DNA of 63,763 nucleotides, filler included, from Folioceros fuciformis (Eukaryota): assembly GCA_049999805.1 (NCBI GenBank). It is 5 parts of 5 records of this genome, joined end to end, with 100 filler letters (N's around TTAATTAATTAA, not from the genome) between each part and the next. Parts side by side here need not be neighbours in the genome. Positions count along the whole stretch, not along the records: positions 45,194 to 60,287 come from JBNGIO010006165.1; positions 60,388 to 63,763 come from JBNGIO010006168.1; 3 more parts are not named here. One strand, given 5' to 3'. The position numbers and the translations under genes were made by a program. Below, piece after piece: positions 52,201 to 63,763 of the stretch. The notes under the pieces were generated by a model. That model was not told the DNA's origin. It ran no database searches and worked only from the letters and a program-made list of their open reading frames with translations. Numbering within the stretch: position 1 is the first letter of the stretch; every line of letters starts with the position of its first letter.

Positions 52201-52684
52201 CAGCCGCTGCTCTCATGGTGTCCTCCGGTGGTGGACACGGTGAAATCTGTGGAGTGTGTGCGGGCGAGCGGGGCACTCCCCGTGCTACCACCATGGATGC
52301 ACTCGCAGTAGCTGGTAGGCATCCTTGCAGTGTTGGCCAACTCCGGCATATTGTGCTCACACGCGGCACTTGGAGCGCTGCAGGTCCATGAGGAGTGTAG
52401 GAGATTGTGCTATGAGCAGACGATGCCGGGGTCGCGGGCTCTGCTGCCAGTGTGGTAAGCTGTGGCGTTCGGGATGCATGACATTGGCAATTGGTCGGCG
52501 GGTCATCTCGGAACACATTGTCCTCATCTTCCCCCTCTGTTCTCCAATCAGCGAGGATGGAGTCACCATTGTCGACGGCAAATTTCAGACGCCAGCGGCG
52601 CTCTGGCCTCCCTTCCACGGACATTTTGATGTCGATAGCGGCTATAATTCTCTCTCCCCGGGTGCCCCGTCCTAGAGTGAACAC
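49293..52684 (-). pseudogene. Intronless HECT-domain E3 ubiquitin ligase (HECT ~50470-49293) with a long unknown N-terminal region; several stops and frameshifts
   Basis: In correct order: LKVVY...E..VDAGGPSR; QLVAIQEGV...SLFRLFTPE; VDIMALQ; WLSFAQRAKLYTFI; LPTSRTCTSTLLLPQYE...ERIEVAI (catalytic Cys codon ~49392-49394). Whether the upstream ORFs 50522-52684 belong to the same protein is inferred. Confidence 0.85.
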
Positions 52685-53060
52685 GATTTGTTCGCAGATA
52701 TAGCGGTAGGTGGATATGGAGTGCGTTCATTTGCTGGGCAGGAGGGTGTGAGTATGCCCCACCCTCTCCATACGCCCATCGTGTACGGAGAGCATGGGTT
52801 CACTACATGGGATATCTGCATGCGCCTACCAGCCGCGCTAAATAATATGGGGTTCCGCAGCCCTTAATACTGCCATTAAGAAGTCGGCGCTTTACGCTGC
52901 TGTTCAAATCCCCTCCCTCATCAACTGAGGATGCCAGCCATTCTACTGCGCCACTTCACACTGAAAGTTGCCTGTCACACCAAGCTCGGGGTCAGTGCCA
53001 AATGATTACTTGCAGATGCTGGCATATAATATTACTGCCACCCATAAGNNNNNNNNNNGA

Positions 53061-54310
53061 CTACAATGATGCGAGTTCATATGAATAACACACGTCGATG
53101 GCCAAGGAATACATTTGTGTATAAGGTCGCGATTCTGGATCAATCAGACGCGTTGATGGGCACAGATGACAGGGTCCCACAAGTTCTGAAGATGAGATCC
53201 AACAAGATTGAAGATGACCAAGGACTAGAGATGACAATATGTTCATAAGTTTGGAGCACTGCAAATTGTTGATTGCCAAGGACAACAATGTACTAAAAGT
53301 TCCGGAGGTTGGAATAATGAACATGGTTGATGGCCTATGGGTACAATGGGCAACAAGTTCGCACTATCATATCAATCATGAACATCGATGGCCAAGGACT
53401 ACAATTGTGTATAAGGTCACGAGTTTGGATCAATCTCAAGTGTCGATGGCTAAGGACTATAGCGGAATATAAGTTCACGTGTGTATTTCATTTGCTGGAA
53501 TGCAATGAGAGTGAGGGGGGGGTGCTGAGGGGAGGGTGCTGGGCAGGGACAACGTCCACCAAACAAACTATATAATTTAGTTGTTTGTGAATGAACTACG
53601 GCACCCTAAACCCAACGGGGTCAAAGGAATGTGTAATGTGTTCGAGTTTTTGTTCCATTCATAGTGTACAAGTGCATGTGACAGAGTAGGGTGTGACTAG
53701 GGAACCCAAAAATGGGCGATGGCCATTGTCTTCAAAGACGAACAAGTTTGCAATGTTGGATAAAGCAATAGCATCAAAGGCCAAGGACTCCAATGTACTG
53801 TGAGTTTGAGAGTTAGGACCATAAAAAAGGAGGCGATACCCAACATCCACAACGGAGAAGAATGATGCGAATTGATGTGAATATCAAACGTCAATGGCCA
53901 AGGACAACATTTGTGTATAAGGTCGTGAGTTTGGATCAATGAGAAGCGTCAATGGGCAAGGACTGTAGTACAGTTCACTACAAGTTCTATAGACGAGATG
54001 AATGAAGGTTGAAGATGGCCAAGGACTACAGATGACAACATGTTCACGAGTGTGGAGCACTGCAAATTGATTATTGCGAAGGACATCATTGTACAATAAG
54101 TTCAAGAGTTTGGATTAATGCACCTGGTCGATGGTCTATGGGTACAATGGAACCAAAGTTCGCACGGTCCTATTACTGAAGATCGTCGATGGCCAAGGAC
54201 TACAATTGTCTAGAAGGTCACGAGTTCGGATGAATCTCAATTGTCGATGGCCAAGGACTGTAGCTGAATATAAGTTCGCGAGTGTATACCATTTGTTGTA
54301 AGCAACCCAT
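53061..54310. repeat. Complex repeat: ~440-bp block duplicated ~800 bp apart, built from GATGGCCAAGGACTA-type motifs
   Basis: 53065-53500 parallels 53860-54300; the motif recurs about ten times. Confidence 0.85.
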
Positions 54311-54368
54311 TTGTATACACAATACACCAAGGCATTCTTGCAAGGACCACAGAGAAAGCTATGCTATA

Positions 54369-57300
54369 TAGTTGGAATATAAGGCAGACCACTTGGTTCT
54401 GTATTACGTTGGTTAGCCTAACTAGATATAGTTATAAGTGTATTCAGTTAACTGGCAGGTTAGTCAAAGGGCACACCCCTTCGTAAAACTGCTGCTTAAG
54501 GCCTACCTTTGTATCCACCTAATTAATTTGCTGATAGATCATTTCAATGCATCTGCTTTCGCGTTAGCAATTCTAACTTGGTATTAGAGCTACGGCTCAG
54601 ATGGCCTATGTTTATTATGCCTAGAAGATTGCTTGCCCTAGAATGTCTAGGTAGCATAGTGTCTTGGCTATGAATATGCCTATCAAAAAAAAAAAAAAAT
54701 CTTTTTAGAGAAAAGAATTAAAAAAAAACTTAATGCATGGGGTTGGTCCCCCATCTTGGTATTGATCGGAGACCAGGGTGCTTAACGCTGGCATTTTGAT
54801 AAAAGTTAGGCTACCAGCCCCCTGTCAACTTCCTACAATTACCATTTGCTTTCGTGCAGATATGAACAAACAGAAGCCTGTATGATTCTTCGAAATAAAG
54901 GGAGAGGCATTCTGCCTTTCCCCTGCAACTCGTCGCGCACGACATTCCTGCCCGATCATGCCTAGAAGACGGCGCCAGACGAATCGATCTCCCCGTCTTC
55001 TTCATGCAAGATTGCCTAGGCCAACTCGCCTTGGATCAACTCCGATTCCTGCCCATCGAATCGCACCAAGGACCTGAGCACTTGGCCGTAATCGCACCTG
55101 TGCCTGCACCTGCACACCAAGATCAAGCCCAAAATTCGATTGTCTCAACATGGTTTTTAAGAAGATGATGAAGTCCCATGGGCATCTCGGAGCCTTCTAC
55201 CACTTCCTGAGGAGCAGACAATCAATAATCCAATCCTCTCTAATCCTGTAGGATGAGGATCTGTGAGGATTTGTCCAGATTGTGGTGGATTTGCTTCTGC
55301 CCAGGTGCACGGGCAAATTGGAAAGCCAGGAGCAATTTAGCTTGATTACTGTGCAGGAGGAAGGCATTTTCTGGGGCGCACCAAAGCCATACCACCATCG
55401 CAAGCGGGCAAGGCTGCAGGCACTCAGCGAGGAGCGTGCTGCCGCCATCACGGTCGTGGTGGAGCGCTTTGCCCAGGGTGCTCACTGGTGTGCGTCCCCC
55501 GAATCGGTGCGACACCCACGAAACGACATTTTAACTCGTCGTTTCGTGGAGGTGGGTTCGTTTTATCCACGAACCAGTGTGAATGCGGCTAATTTTGGCA
55601 CAGGTTCTGAACCGGTTCCATTTTGTGCCTCTTCACACTTGTTGGCACCCCTTCATGGTGATTTTCTGGCACAGCAAGGACTTACCTCTATTTTTCCTAT
55701 GGCTTCGTCTAGAGAAGGACTCAACCTTGCACCCGTGAATATCGAGGCCGATCCTTTGCCTCCTCCTCATGTGGTTTGGCAATGCGGGTGCATCCTTACC
55801 GAAAATCCATTGAAGAAATTTTTGCTTTGTCTAGTGACTCTCTTGGTTCAATCGATCCACCAACACGGCCTGCCAGACTTCTTGCTCTCTGGCAATTAGT
55901 GGCCAACGCCAACAAAGATCTTCTCCACTTATCAACCCAAATTCAAGAATTTCAAGGGAGTGCTAGTTCTGAGAGCGTTGAGGTCACTGAGCCTCCTCCT
56001 CCTCTCCTGTAGGTCACTTGAAGCAAGGGAGGAAATAACTGTGGTGGGTGGATTCTAAAGGACGAAGGGTAATACTTTTATTACATAATCTCTTGTGATT
56101 CTTCTTTCACTCGTACTCTCAGCGTTGTGTCATGATGTATCGTCGGCTTACGCTTTGGTTTAAAATCCACAAGAGATGTCAGGCGCTTCCACCTCTGGGT
56201 CGGGGCTTCTTGGGTCTCCAAGGCCAGGATCAAGACCCCCATCACCACCCACACCCCCTCCAGGTGGGCAAACCATTAACCCACCACCTTCTGGTGGCCC
56301 AGCAGGCAACCCACCGCCTCCACCACCAGCTGGTATTCCCCCACTTCAACCTTACTTCAACATCGTAAATATCAATACTGACTTCAAGGAAAAGGATAGA
56401 TTTAACGGTACGAAGTTTGAGGTGTGGTCAACGCGCATGAAGACTGCGCTCAACACTCGGGATCTTCTCCCCATAGTCGAAGGAACCATTCCCAAGCCCT
56501 CTGCTAATCCAGCTGCCATTGATGCTTGGGTTTGTCAAGATTGACAGGCTATGTAGATGTTGATCTCTGGCCTCGACGAGGTTACCTTATATCACACGGA
56601 TGGTACGTCCACATATGAGGAACCTTGGAAGCAAATCACTGATATCTATCAATCCACTAACGTGATGACGCTGGTCACAGTATGCCTGGAATTCTATTCT
56701 TTGCGCATGGGCCCCAATGACAGCGTTGCTCAGCACGTTAGCAAGTTTCAATATTTGCGAGCCCAGCTTGCTTCTCTTGAGACAACCATTACCAAATTTG
56801 AAGCTGTTGTTCAATTATTGGCTAGCCTCCCGGCTAGCTACCATACATTTGTCTCCTCTCAAAACCAAACGGAGAGAAATGCACATCAGGCTGTGCAGTT
56901 GGGTATGGTTCCCAGCATCACTGTGTCCGAGATCGCTGGAGCACTCCTTCAAGAGGAGTCTACCAGGTTCAATATCGGGACCTCCTAACATGGAGGAGAG
57001 AGGGTCATGTTTGTCTCCAAAGGACGGCCATCGCAGCGTAAGAATTCTTATAATAATACCAATCGAAGGAATAACTCCACATGTCCTCCTAAGCCTGCTT
57101 CCTCAACACCCTCTTCGTCGAAGACACCAAAGCAGCAAGGTACGTGCAATTAGTGCCAGTCCCTAGGTCGTTGGGAAAGGGAGTGCGGGAAGAAGCAAGC
57201 TGGTGAGGCCAAACGCGAACCTCGCACGGAAAATACCGTGGCGGTTTCGACTAAGGCCAAGAACCATTCTAACCCTAGCGTTGCTCTCACTGTTTGTCTT

Positions 57301-60287
57301 GTGACCTTTGAGTACAAGAGTTCCTGGCTGATAGATTCTGCCGTGTCAGCGCATATCTGTAGCCATAAGTCGATGTTCGCTACGTATGTAGCGTCTGTTG
57401 ATACTCAGCGTTTCGTACTACTTGGGGATGACTCTGGTCTTTCTATTGCGGGACATGGTTCCGTCACCTTCACTTTGGATGATGGTTCCTTGTTGTTTCT
57501 TACTAATGTGCTACATGTTCCCCAGATGGCCAAGAATCTTATCTCTGTTAGACAGCTCGTGCGGGACGGATCCTTTCACCTCAACTTCGGCCCTGGAGAC
57601 TGTCTGTTATCTCGAACTTCCAACCCCCGGGTTATTGTTGCTAAAGGTCGTCCTCGTCATCATTTATATGTCTTTTCACGCAATCCCGTGCCTTTAGCGG
57701 CTGCCTCTACGGTGGTTTCCTCTCACGGAGACCAGCCTCATAGGAGCTTGCATCTAGGTGCAGCTCTCTTGTGGCATTGCCGACTCGGGCACCTCAACCC
57801 TGCTCGATTGCTTGCCACCTCCCAGCAGGACTTGTATCGCTTCCTAAGCTTCCATCAACACAGCCTCTCTACGAAGCTTGTGTCCTTGCTAAATAGCGAA
57901 GTTCCCCTTATCCTACTCTTCTTGCTCGTCGGTCTTCGGCACCTCTTGATTTGGTCCACGTAGATTTATGTGGTCCTCTACCTGTCTCGTCTTTAGGCGG
58001 AGCAAATCACTTTATGACTGTTGTGGATGACTTTAGTCGATATACATTTGCCTTTCCTATCCGTCTTAAGAGTGACTCGTTTAATGTGTTCTCACCCTTT
58101 GTTACTATGGTTGAGTTACAGATTGGCCATAAACTTCGGTGTATTTGCTTCGACAATGCGGGAGAACTAAACAACCATCAGTTTCGCAAATTCTGCGAAC
58201 AGCGTGGTGTCTTGCGTCAGTTTACAGTGACCTACACTTCTGATCAGAACAGCGTTGCTGAGAAGGCCAATGGCGATTTGATGTCCATGGCTCGTGCCAT
58301 GCTGGCACAATCCCAGCTACCCAAGTCCTTTTGCGCTGAGGCTGTGTCTACTACGGTGTATATTAAGAACAGAGTCCTCACCAAGTCGGTTTCTGGCCGT
58401 ACTCCTTATGAGTGTTGGCATGGGAGCAAGCCTTTAATTTCCCATCTTCGTGTTTTTGGTTGCCCTGCCTATGATCTTGTCCCATCACAGCTTCGCAACA
58501 AGCTTGATGCTCGTGCTCGCAAGTTGGTGTTTGTCAGTTATGGCGATGACCGCAAAGCCTACAAGCTCGTGGACTTGGACTCTCGGATTCCTATCTATGC
58601 CCGCACTGTCACCTTTGATGAAGCTTAGATAGTGCCTGCTCTTGTGACGTCATTTGAGTCTCCTCTTGACGTGCAAGATGGTGCTTCCTCTGGCTCGAGC
58701 ACTCCTCGCTCTTATGGTGATACTTCTATTGATCAATTTGTTCAGCCCTTTACTTTTCCAACTGTTAGTGTTCCTCCTTCTCCTGTGGCTCCTATCCCTC
58801 AAGCAGTTCTGGTGCCGCCTATTGCTGGTCCTGCTCCCCAAGTGCAGCCCGCTCCTAAGTCACCTGTTCCTACTCGAGAGGGGGACATGGAAATAGACCA
58901 CAAGGTAGTATCTGAGGACCCACGTACGGAACAAGGTGATGTTGAACATGTTGATTTTGAACACGTGGTGCCCCATGATATTCCTCAAGCACCTATCACT
59001 CCTCCATCCCCACCTAGGCCCTCAGTTGCTCCTGAGCATAGATATCCTACTCGTGTGCCTCAGCTTAGGCATCTCTGGAAGGAACAACCATTTGATATTG
59101 AGTTTAATCAAGCTAGCTTAACCTATGTTAATTCTTCGGATGCTCTCTATGCCTTAAGTGTTGCTGCTGCAGAGGGAGATCCTTTAACCTTACAGGAGGC
59201 TTACTCGAGGCCCGAGGCAGCCAAATGGAAGCTGGCTATTGATGATGAGTACAACTCATTACTTAAAAACAACACTTGGACTTTGGTTAGTCTACCTAAG
59301 GGTAGGACCACTGTCAAGTGCAAATGGGTTCTTACAACTAAGTTCCAGGAAGTAGAGCCACGAATTCGCTACAAGGCGAGATTAGTAGCTAAGGGATATA
59401 GTCAGAAAGAGGGAGTGGATTATCAAGGCGATAAGGTCTACTCAACCGTTGTCAAGGCTGCATCAGTTAGAATGCTCCTTACTTTATGTGCTGAACTAAA
59501 CTTGGAGATCTCTCAGCTTGATGTGTGTATAGCCTTTCTCTATGGTCATCTTAAGGAAGAGATCTACATGGATCAACCCGAGGATTACGAAGATAAGGCT
59601 TGTCCACAAAAGGTGTGTAAACTTAATCGCTCAATTTATGGCCTTAAGCAAAGCCCACGACTGGGGTATGAGAGAATGGATTCATATCTTAAGAAAATAG
59701 GTTTTGTTCAAAGTGAAGCAGATACTAATATTTATGTGCTACGCAAGGATAGCTCACTTGTTCTAGTTGCACTCTACGTGGATGACTTAGTCATTCCAGG
59801 CAATAACATTGAACTGGTCAACAAGATAAAACCTGACCTCAGCAGGGAATTCGCTATGAAGGACCAGGGAAAGGTTAAGTATATCCTTGGCATGCATGTA
59901 CATAGGGATACCACAGGTGCTATCTATCTTCACCAAGGTAGATATGTAGCCGGTATGCTCAAATGCTTCAACATGGAGAATGCTAGGGCGTCAACCACCC
60001 CAGGTGCGTTTGGAGTCAAGCTCTCATCTGCCTCATGTCCCCAATTTGAAGAAGACAAAAAGGAGATGGAAAACATTCCTTATCACATGGCAGTTGGCAC
60101 CCTCGTGTTCCTGAGTAATCAGACAAGACCCGATATATCCAACACAGTCAACGCTGTTGCCCAGTTCTCTGAAAACCCAGGAAAGGATCACTGGGTTGCT
60201 ATCAAGCGAATTATGAGGTACCTTAAGGGTACACCTAATTATGGCCTTTGCTATATGCCAAGCGGGAAGAAGCATCTGCAGCTAACT
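54369..60287 (+). mobile_element. Ty1/copia retrotransposon 5' part: LTR (~54369-54578), PBS (54579-54590), ~1.6-kb leader, gag-PR-IN-RT (56176-60287), inactivated by stops and frameshifts
   Basis: PBS TGGTATTAGAGC (tRNA-iMet type, one mismatch); gag RFNGTKFEVWSTRM; protease WLIDSAVSAH; GAG-pre-integrase LWHCRLGH; integrase VHVDLCGP..VDDFSRY; RT LYVDD. Confidence 0.95.
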
Positions 60288-60387
60288 NNNNNNNNNNNNN
60301 NNNNNNNNNNNNNNNNNNNNNNNNNNNNNNNTTAATTAATTAANNNNNNNNNNNNNNNNNNNNNNNNNNNNNNNNNNNNNNNNNNNN

Positions 60388-60770
60388 CAGTCCTTCATAT
60401 GAGCTACACTTCAACGACAAAGTCCTTCATCTAAGTTGCAATTCAACGACAAAGTCCTTCATCTGAGCTGCACTTCAACAACGAAGTCCTTCATCTTAGC
60501 CACACTGCAAAGGCCAAGTTCGAGCTACACTTCAATGACGAAGTTCGAGGTACACTTCAACGACGAAGTCCGAGCTGCACTTCAACGACCAAGTCCTTCA
60601 TCTAAGCCGCAATTCAACTTCCGAATTGCACTTCAAGGACAAAGTCCTTCATCTAAGTTGCAATTCAACGACAAAGTCCTCCATCTGAGCTGCACTTCAA
60701 CAACGAAGNNNNNNNNNNGAGCTGCACTTCAATGATGAAGTCCGACATGCACTGCAGCGATGAAGTCCGC
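60388..60770. repeat. Minisatellite of ~24/33-bp CTGCACTTCAACGACGAAGTCC units
   Basis: Motif repeated throughout; same family and orientation as 63275-63763. Confidence 0.93.
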
Positions 60771-61322
60771 ATGTCTATCCACGTATGTGTGTGTGCATAG
60801 CAATAGTTGTTCATGCCCATCGTTTTGTGCATCTTCATGGCAAGTAGGAAGGAGTTTGTATGGCAAGTAGGAAGGAGTTTGTAAAAGTCTATTTGATTAT
60901 GCAAAATGTTAATAATGTTGGATTACATCGTGAGTATCTATGAAGGTGGAGGTAAAAGCTGACAACCTCTCGACAAATCAAGATAGATCTTTCTCGTCCT
61001 CACCAAAAGTTGCCCGTCCCACATTCCAAGGAGAAAACCTTGGGTCCTTTGTAGTTAGAAGCCAAAGTATCCCGTTTAGATCCCATACAATAAAGCACAT
61101 AGTTGTTTCTAGAGTGCCACATTCCCTTGACATAGGAGTTTCTAGAGAGCCATATTCGCTTGACATGGCTCTCTCCCCTTGAAATTCTACCTCATCCAAG
61201 TTTACCGTCCCATGGCAACCTCCTTGTCATAGCATAGCCCATAAGCTTCATCCAACATAGATTGGGTGTATGTATGGTACCTTTCCAAGTCTCCATCCTT
61301 GTTTATGTGTGACTACAAAATA

Positions 61323-61742
61323 TTATTGCTCAAATTCTTCAAATGTGATTTGCTTTTCTAGGGTGATGATGTCTTGAACTCTTGGGAGACTTGAGGATAC
61401 AACAAGTTCCTTGAGACTTTCAACCATATCTTCAACTTTATCTTGGTCAACTAGACTTTTATAACTTGCTAGCATCTCGTCATGGTAGGGTCGAAAGTTG
61501 ACTTCATAAAGGCAGTAGAGAACAATGCATGTGACAAGATGTGGAAATGATAATAACAATTGATAAGATCTTAATTCTTCACATGAATCTCCATTAAGAA
61601 ATCCCCATACGTTAATATGCAATGTGCAACTTTTTGGCACATACTTCCAATTTTGCCATGCTTCAACATTGTGCATGTACCTTATGAGAATTTGTTCTTG
61701 TAAGTCAAGTGGAAGGTTGCGGATTCCGTCATAGAGATCCAT
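61323..61742 (-). CDS. Hypothetical intronless ORF with an F-box-like start; possibly a pseudogene continuing to ~60980
   Basis: IRNLPLDLQEQILIRY resembles an F-box helix; the rest is unrecognised. Confidence 0.3.
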   Translation of the reverse strand: MDLYDGIRNLPLDLQEQILIRYMHNVEAWQNWKYVPKSCTLHINVWGFLNGDSCEELRSYQLLLSFPHLVTCIVLYCLYEVNFRPYHDEMLASYKSLVDQDKVEDMVESLKELVVSSSLPRVQDIITLEKQITFEEFEQ

Positions 61743-62234
61743 GACTTGTGTTGGGCTAGATGAAGAATACGACTTTGTCTTGGATTAGTGTTATTCACAC
61801 ACCGACCTAAGAGCTTTGCTAAAGATTGTGAATACAATCTCACTTAAAAGAGCAAAGAACACTAGCACTTAAAAGTATCACACTTCCTATTCATACCATA
61901 GTAATTAACCACCCCACATACCACATATATAGTGTGGCTTCAAGACTTTTATTTCTCGAAAATGTTGTTCATGACTTTGTGCCATATTATGTAGTCTATT
62001 TTATTTCTATACATCTTTGTTGTACATAGTGCTCAAACCCTTCAAGCTTGCATGGCAACATTCATCAACGACAATGAGGAGACCAAAGTAAAGGGACCAC
62101 TAGGCACGATGACTAGATGAGAGTGATCACATGGGGGCCATAAAAAGATCAAGAAAATGTTAGAGAAGCAAAAAAAAGGTGGCAGTCCCATGTACGTGGT
62201 GAGCTATGGAAGTATGATACACCAAGAACTGCGT

Positions 62235-62615
62235 TGGGATTTAAAGCTTGACACACTAGAATGTTCAAACGTAGTGCTTGGATCTAAAGCCTGGTGCACC
62301 GGAACGTTCAAGCACAATGCTTGGATCTGAAGCCTGAGGCACTGGAGCATTCAAGCACAGTGCTTGGATCTAAAGCCTGAGGCACTGGAGCGTTCANNNN
62401 NNNNNNAAGCACAGTGCTTGGATCTAAAGCCTGAGGCACTGGAGCGTTCAAGCGTAGTGCTTGGATGTAACGCTTGATGCGTTGGAACGCTCAAGCGTAG
62501 TGCTTGGATCTAACGCCTGACGCATTGGAATGTTTAAGCGTAGTGCTTGGATCTAAAGCTCGGCGCACTGGAACGTTCAACCACCGTTCTTGGATCTAAA
62601 GTATGATGCACTTGA
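62235..62615. repeat. Minisatellite, 43-bp unit, ~8-9 copies
   Basis: AAGC(A/G)(C/T)AGTGCTTGGAT... at 62407 and 62450, with flanking variants. Confidence 0.93.
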
Positions 62616-63274
62616 CCGTTTAAGCTTCGGGTATAGAGTTGGTGGCATAGGCCCAAGAGTTTGTTTGCCCTATTTGCACCTAAACTGGTACCCTACATTC
62701 TTATGTAGATTCATATCTATAGATCTATATGTATTTGAATGTATATTTTCAGTTTGGCCCAAGCTGCACTTTTGCGATGAAGTGCATCATTCGTGGGCGT
62801 TTGAGCAAGCTTCTGGTAAGTGATATCGTGAACCCAAGCATGAAATTTCCTTTCAGGTTTGAACTCAAGAATGAAGTTTCCTTCCACGAGTCTTATGATT
62901 TATGAGCGCGACGGCTCACAAAGCGACAGTTCACAAAGCTCATAACAACTGCGATCTCAGGTACATAAGCTTCCATCTCATGATCAACTATGATCTCGAT
63001 TAGCTCCTCATGATTACCCACATAGCTTTATATTCTCAGTGTACTGGAAGGGGGGAATCGGAACATTTGAGTTGTTGCTTGGCCAGATTGGCTTACCCTA
63101 AACTTTTCCCATACCCATAAACTTGGTCCACTACAGCTAAACTTGGTCCCCTATATTCGTATGTACATATTTTATTCTTAATCTCTATGGACTTGTATGT
63201 ATATTTTCGTTTTCCGTGACGAAGTACATACATATCTATGTGTACTTGTATATATATTTTTGTTTTGGTCTAAG

Positions 63275-63763
63275 CTGAACTTCAACCACAACCGACCTGC
63301 ACTTCAACGACAAAGTCCTTTGCCCGAGCTGCACTTCAACAACGAAGTCCGAGCTGCACTTCACCGATGAAGTCCGACCTGCACTTCAAGGATGAAGTCC
63401 TTCATCAGACCTACACTTCAAGGACGAAGTCCGAGTTGCACTTCAACGACGAAGTCCTTCATCTAAGTTGTAGTCCTTCATGCGAGCTACACTTCAACGA
63501 TGGAAACCGAGCTGTGCGTACTTCAACGATGAAGTCCAAGCTGTACTTCAATGGCGAAGTCCTTCATCTAAGCTGCAATTCAACGACGAAGCCCTTCATC
63601 TAAGTTGCACTTCAACCACGAAGTCCTTCATGTGAGCTACACTTCAACAACGAAGTCCTTCATCTAAGCTGCAATTCAACGACGAAGTCCTTCATCGAAG
63701 TTGCACTTCAACGACGCAGTCCTTCATATGAGCTACACTTCAACGACAAAGTCCTTCATCTAA
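63275..63763. repeat. Minisatellite of ~24/33-bp CTGCACTTCAACGACGAAGTCC(TTCATCTAAG) units, running to the window end
   Basis: Continuous motif repetition. Confidence 0.94.

Noticed and set aside
1-60287. Joining the three copia pieces into one element
   Set aside because: Each has its own divergent RT covering the same motifs, so they are three separate elements.
2932-61742. Apparent ubiquitin-ligase cluster (F-box, RING, HECT, F-box-like)
   Set aside because: The members sit on different artificially joined pieces, and these families are abundant in plants.

Overview
Eukaryotic nuclear DNA, most likely from a seed-free land plant with flagellated sperm. This is inferred from compact genes with ~60-150 bp introns, plastid-targeted GLYK/PYRB and a ciliary SPATA4-type gene; Selaginella-like is a guess. 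The window is five scaffold pieces joined by artificial 100-bp spacers (N44-TTAATTAATTAA-N44 at 2824-2923, 22226-22325, 45094-45193, 60288-60387), so adjacency across these joins is not evidence. Host genes: an intronless F-box gene, a five-bladed beta-propeller glycosidase-like gene, a 6-exon gene with a Rad52/Sak-like annealase motif, a SPATA4-CH plus JHY-like gene, a GTE bromodomain-ET gene, alpha-SNAP, D-glycerate 3-kinase, aspartate transcarbamylase and a 5-KH RNA-binding protein. Mobile and repetitive DNA: three Ty1/copia pieces, a Harbinger-type Myb/SANT remnant, two tandem RING-H2-plus-repeat pseudogenes and several minisatellites. Most notable: (1) a decayed element at ~47.1-54.3 kb that pairs an intronless HECT E3 ligase with an internally deleted IS3/integrase-like transposase; (2) an apparent single-gene fusion of two ciliary modules (SPATA4 CH domain + JHY domain); (3) the Rad52/Sak-like gene. 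All family assignments come from motif recognition by eye; no database searches were run.
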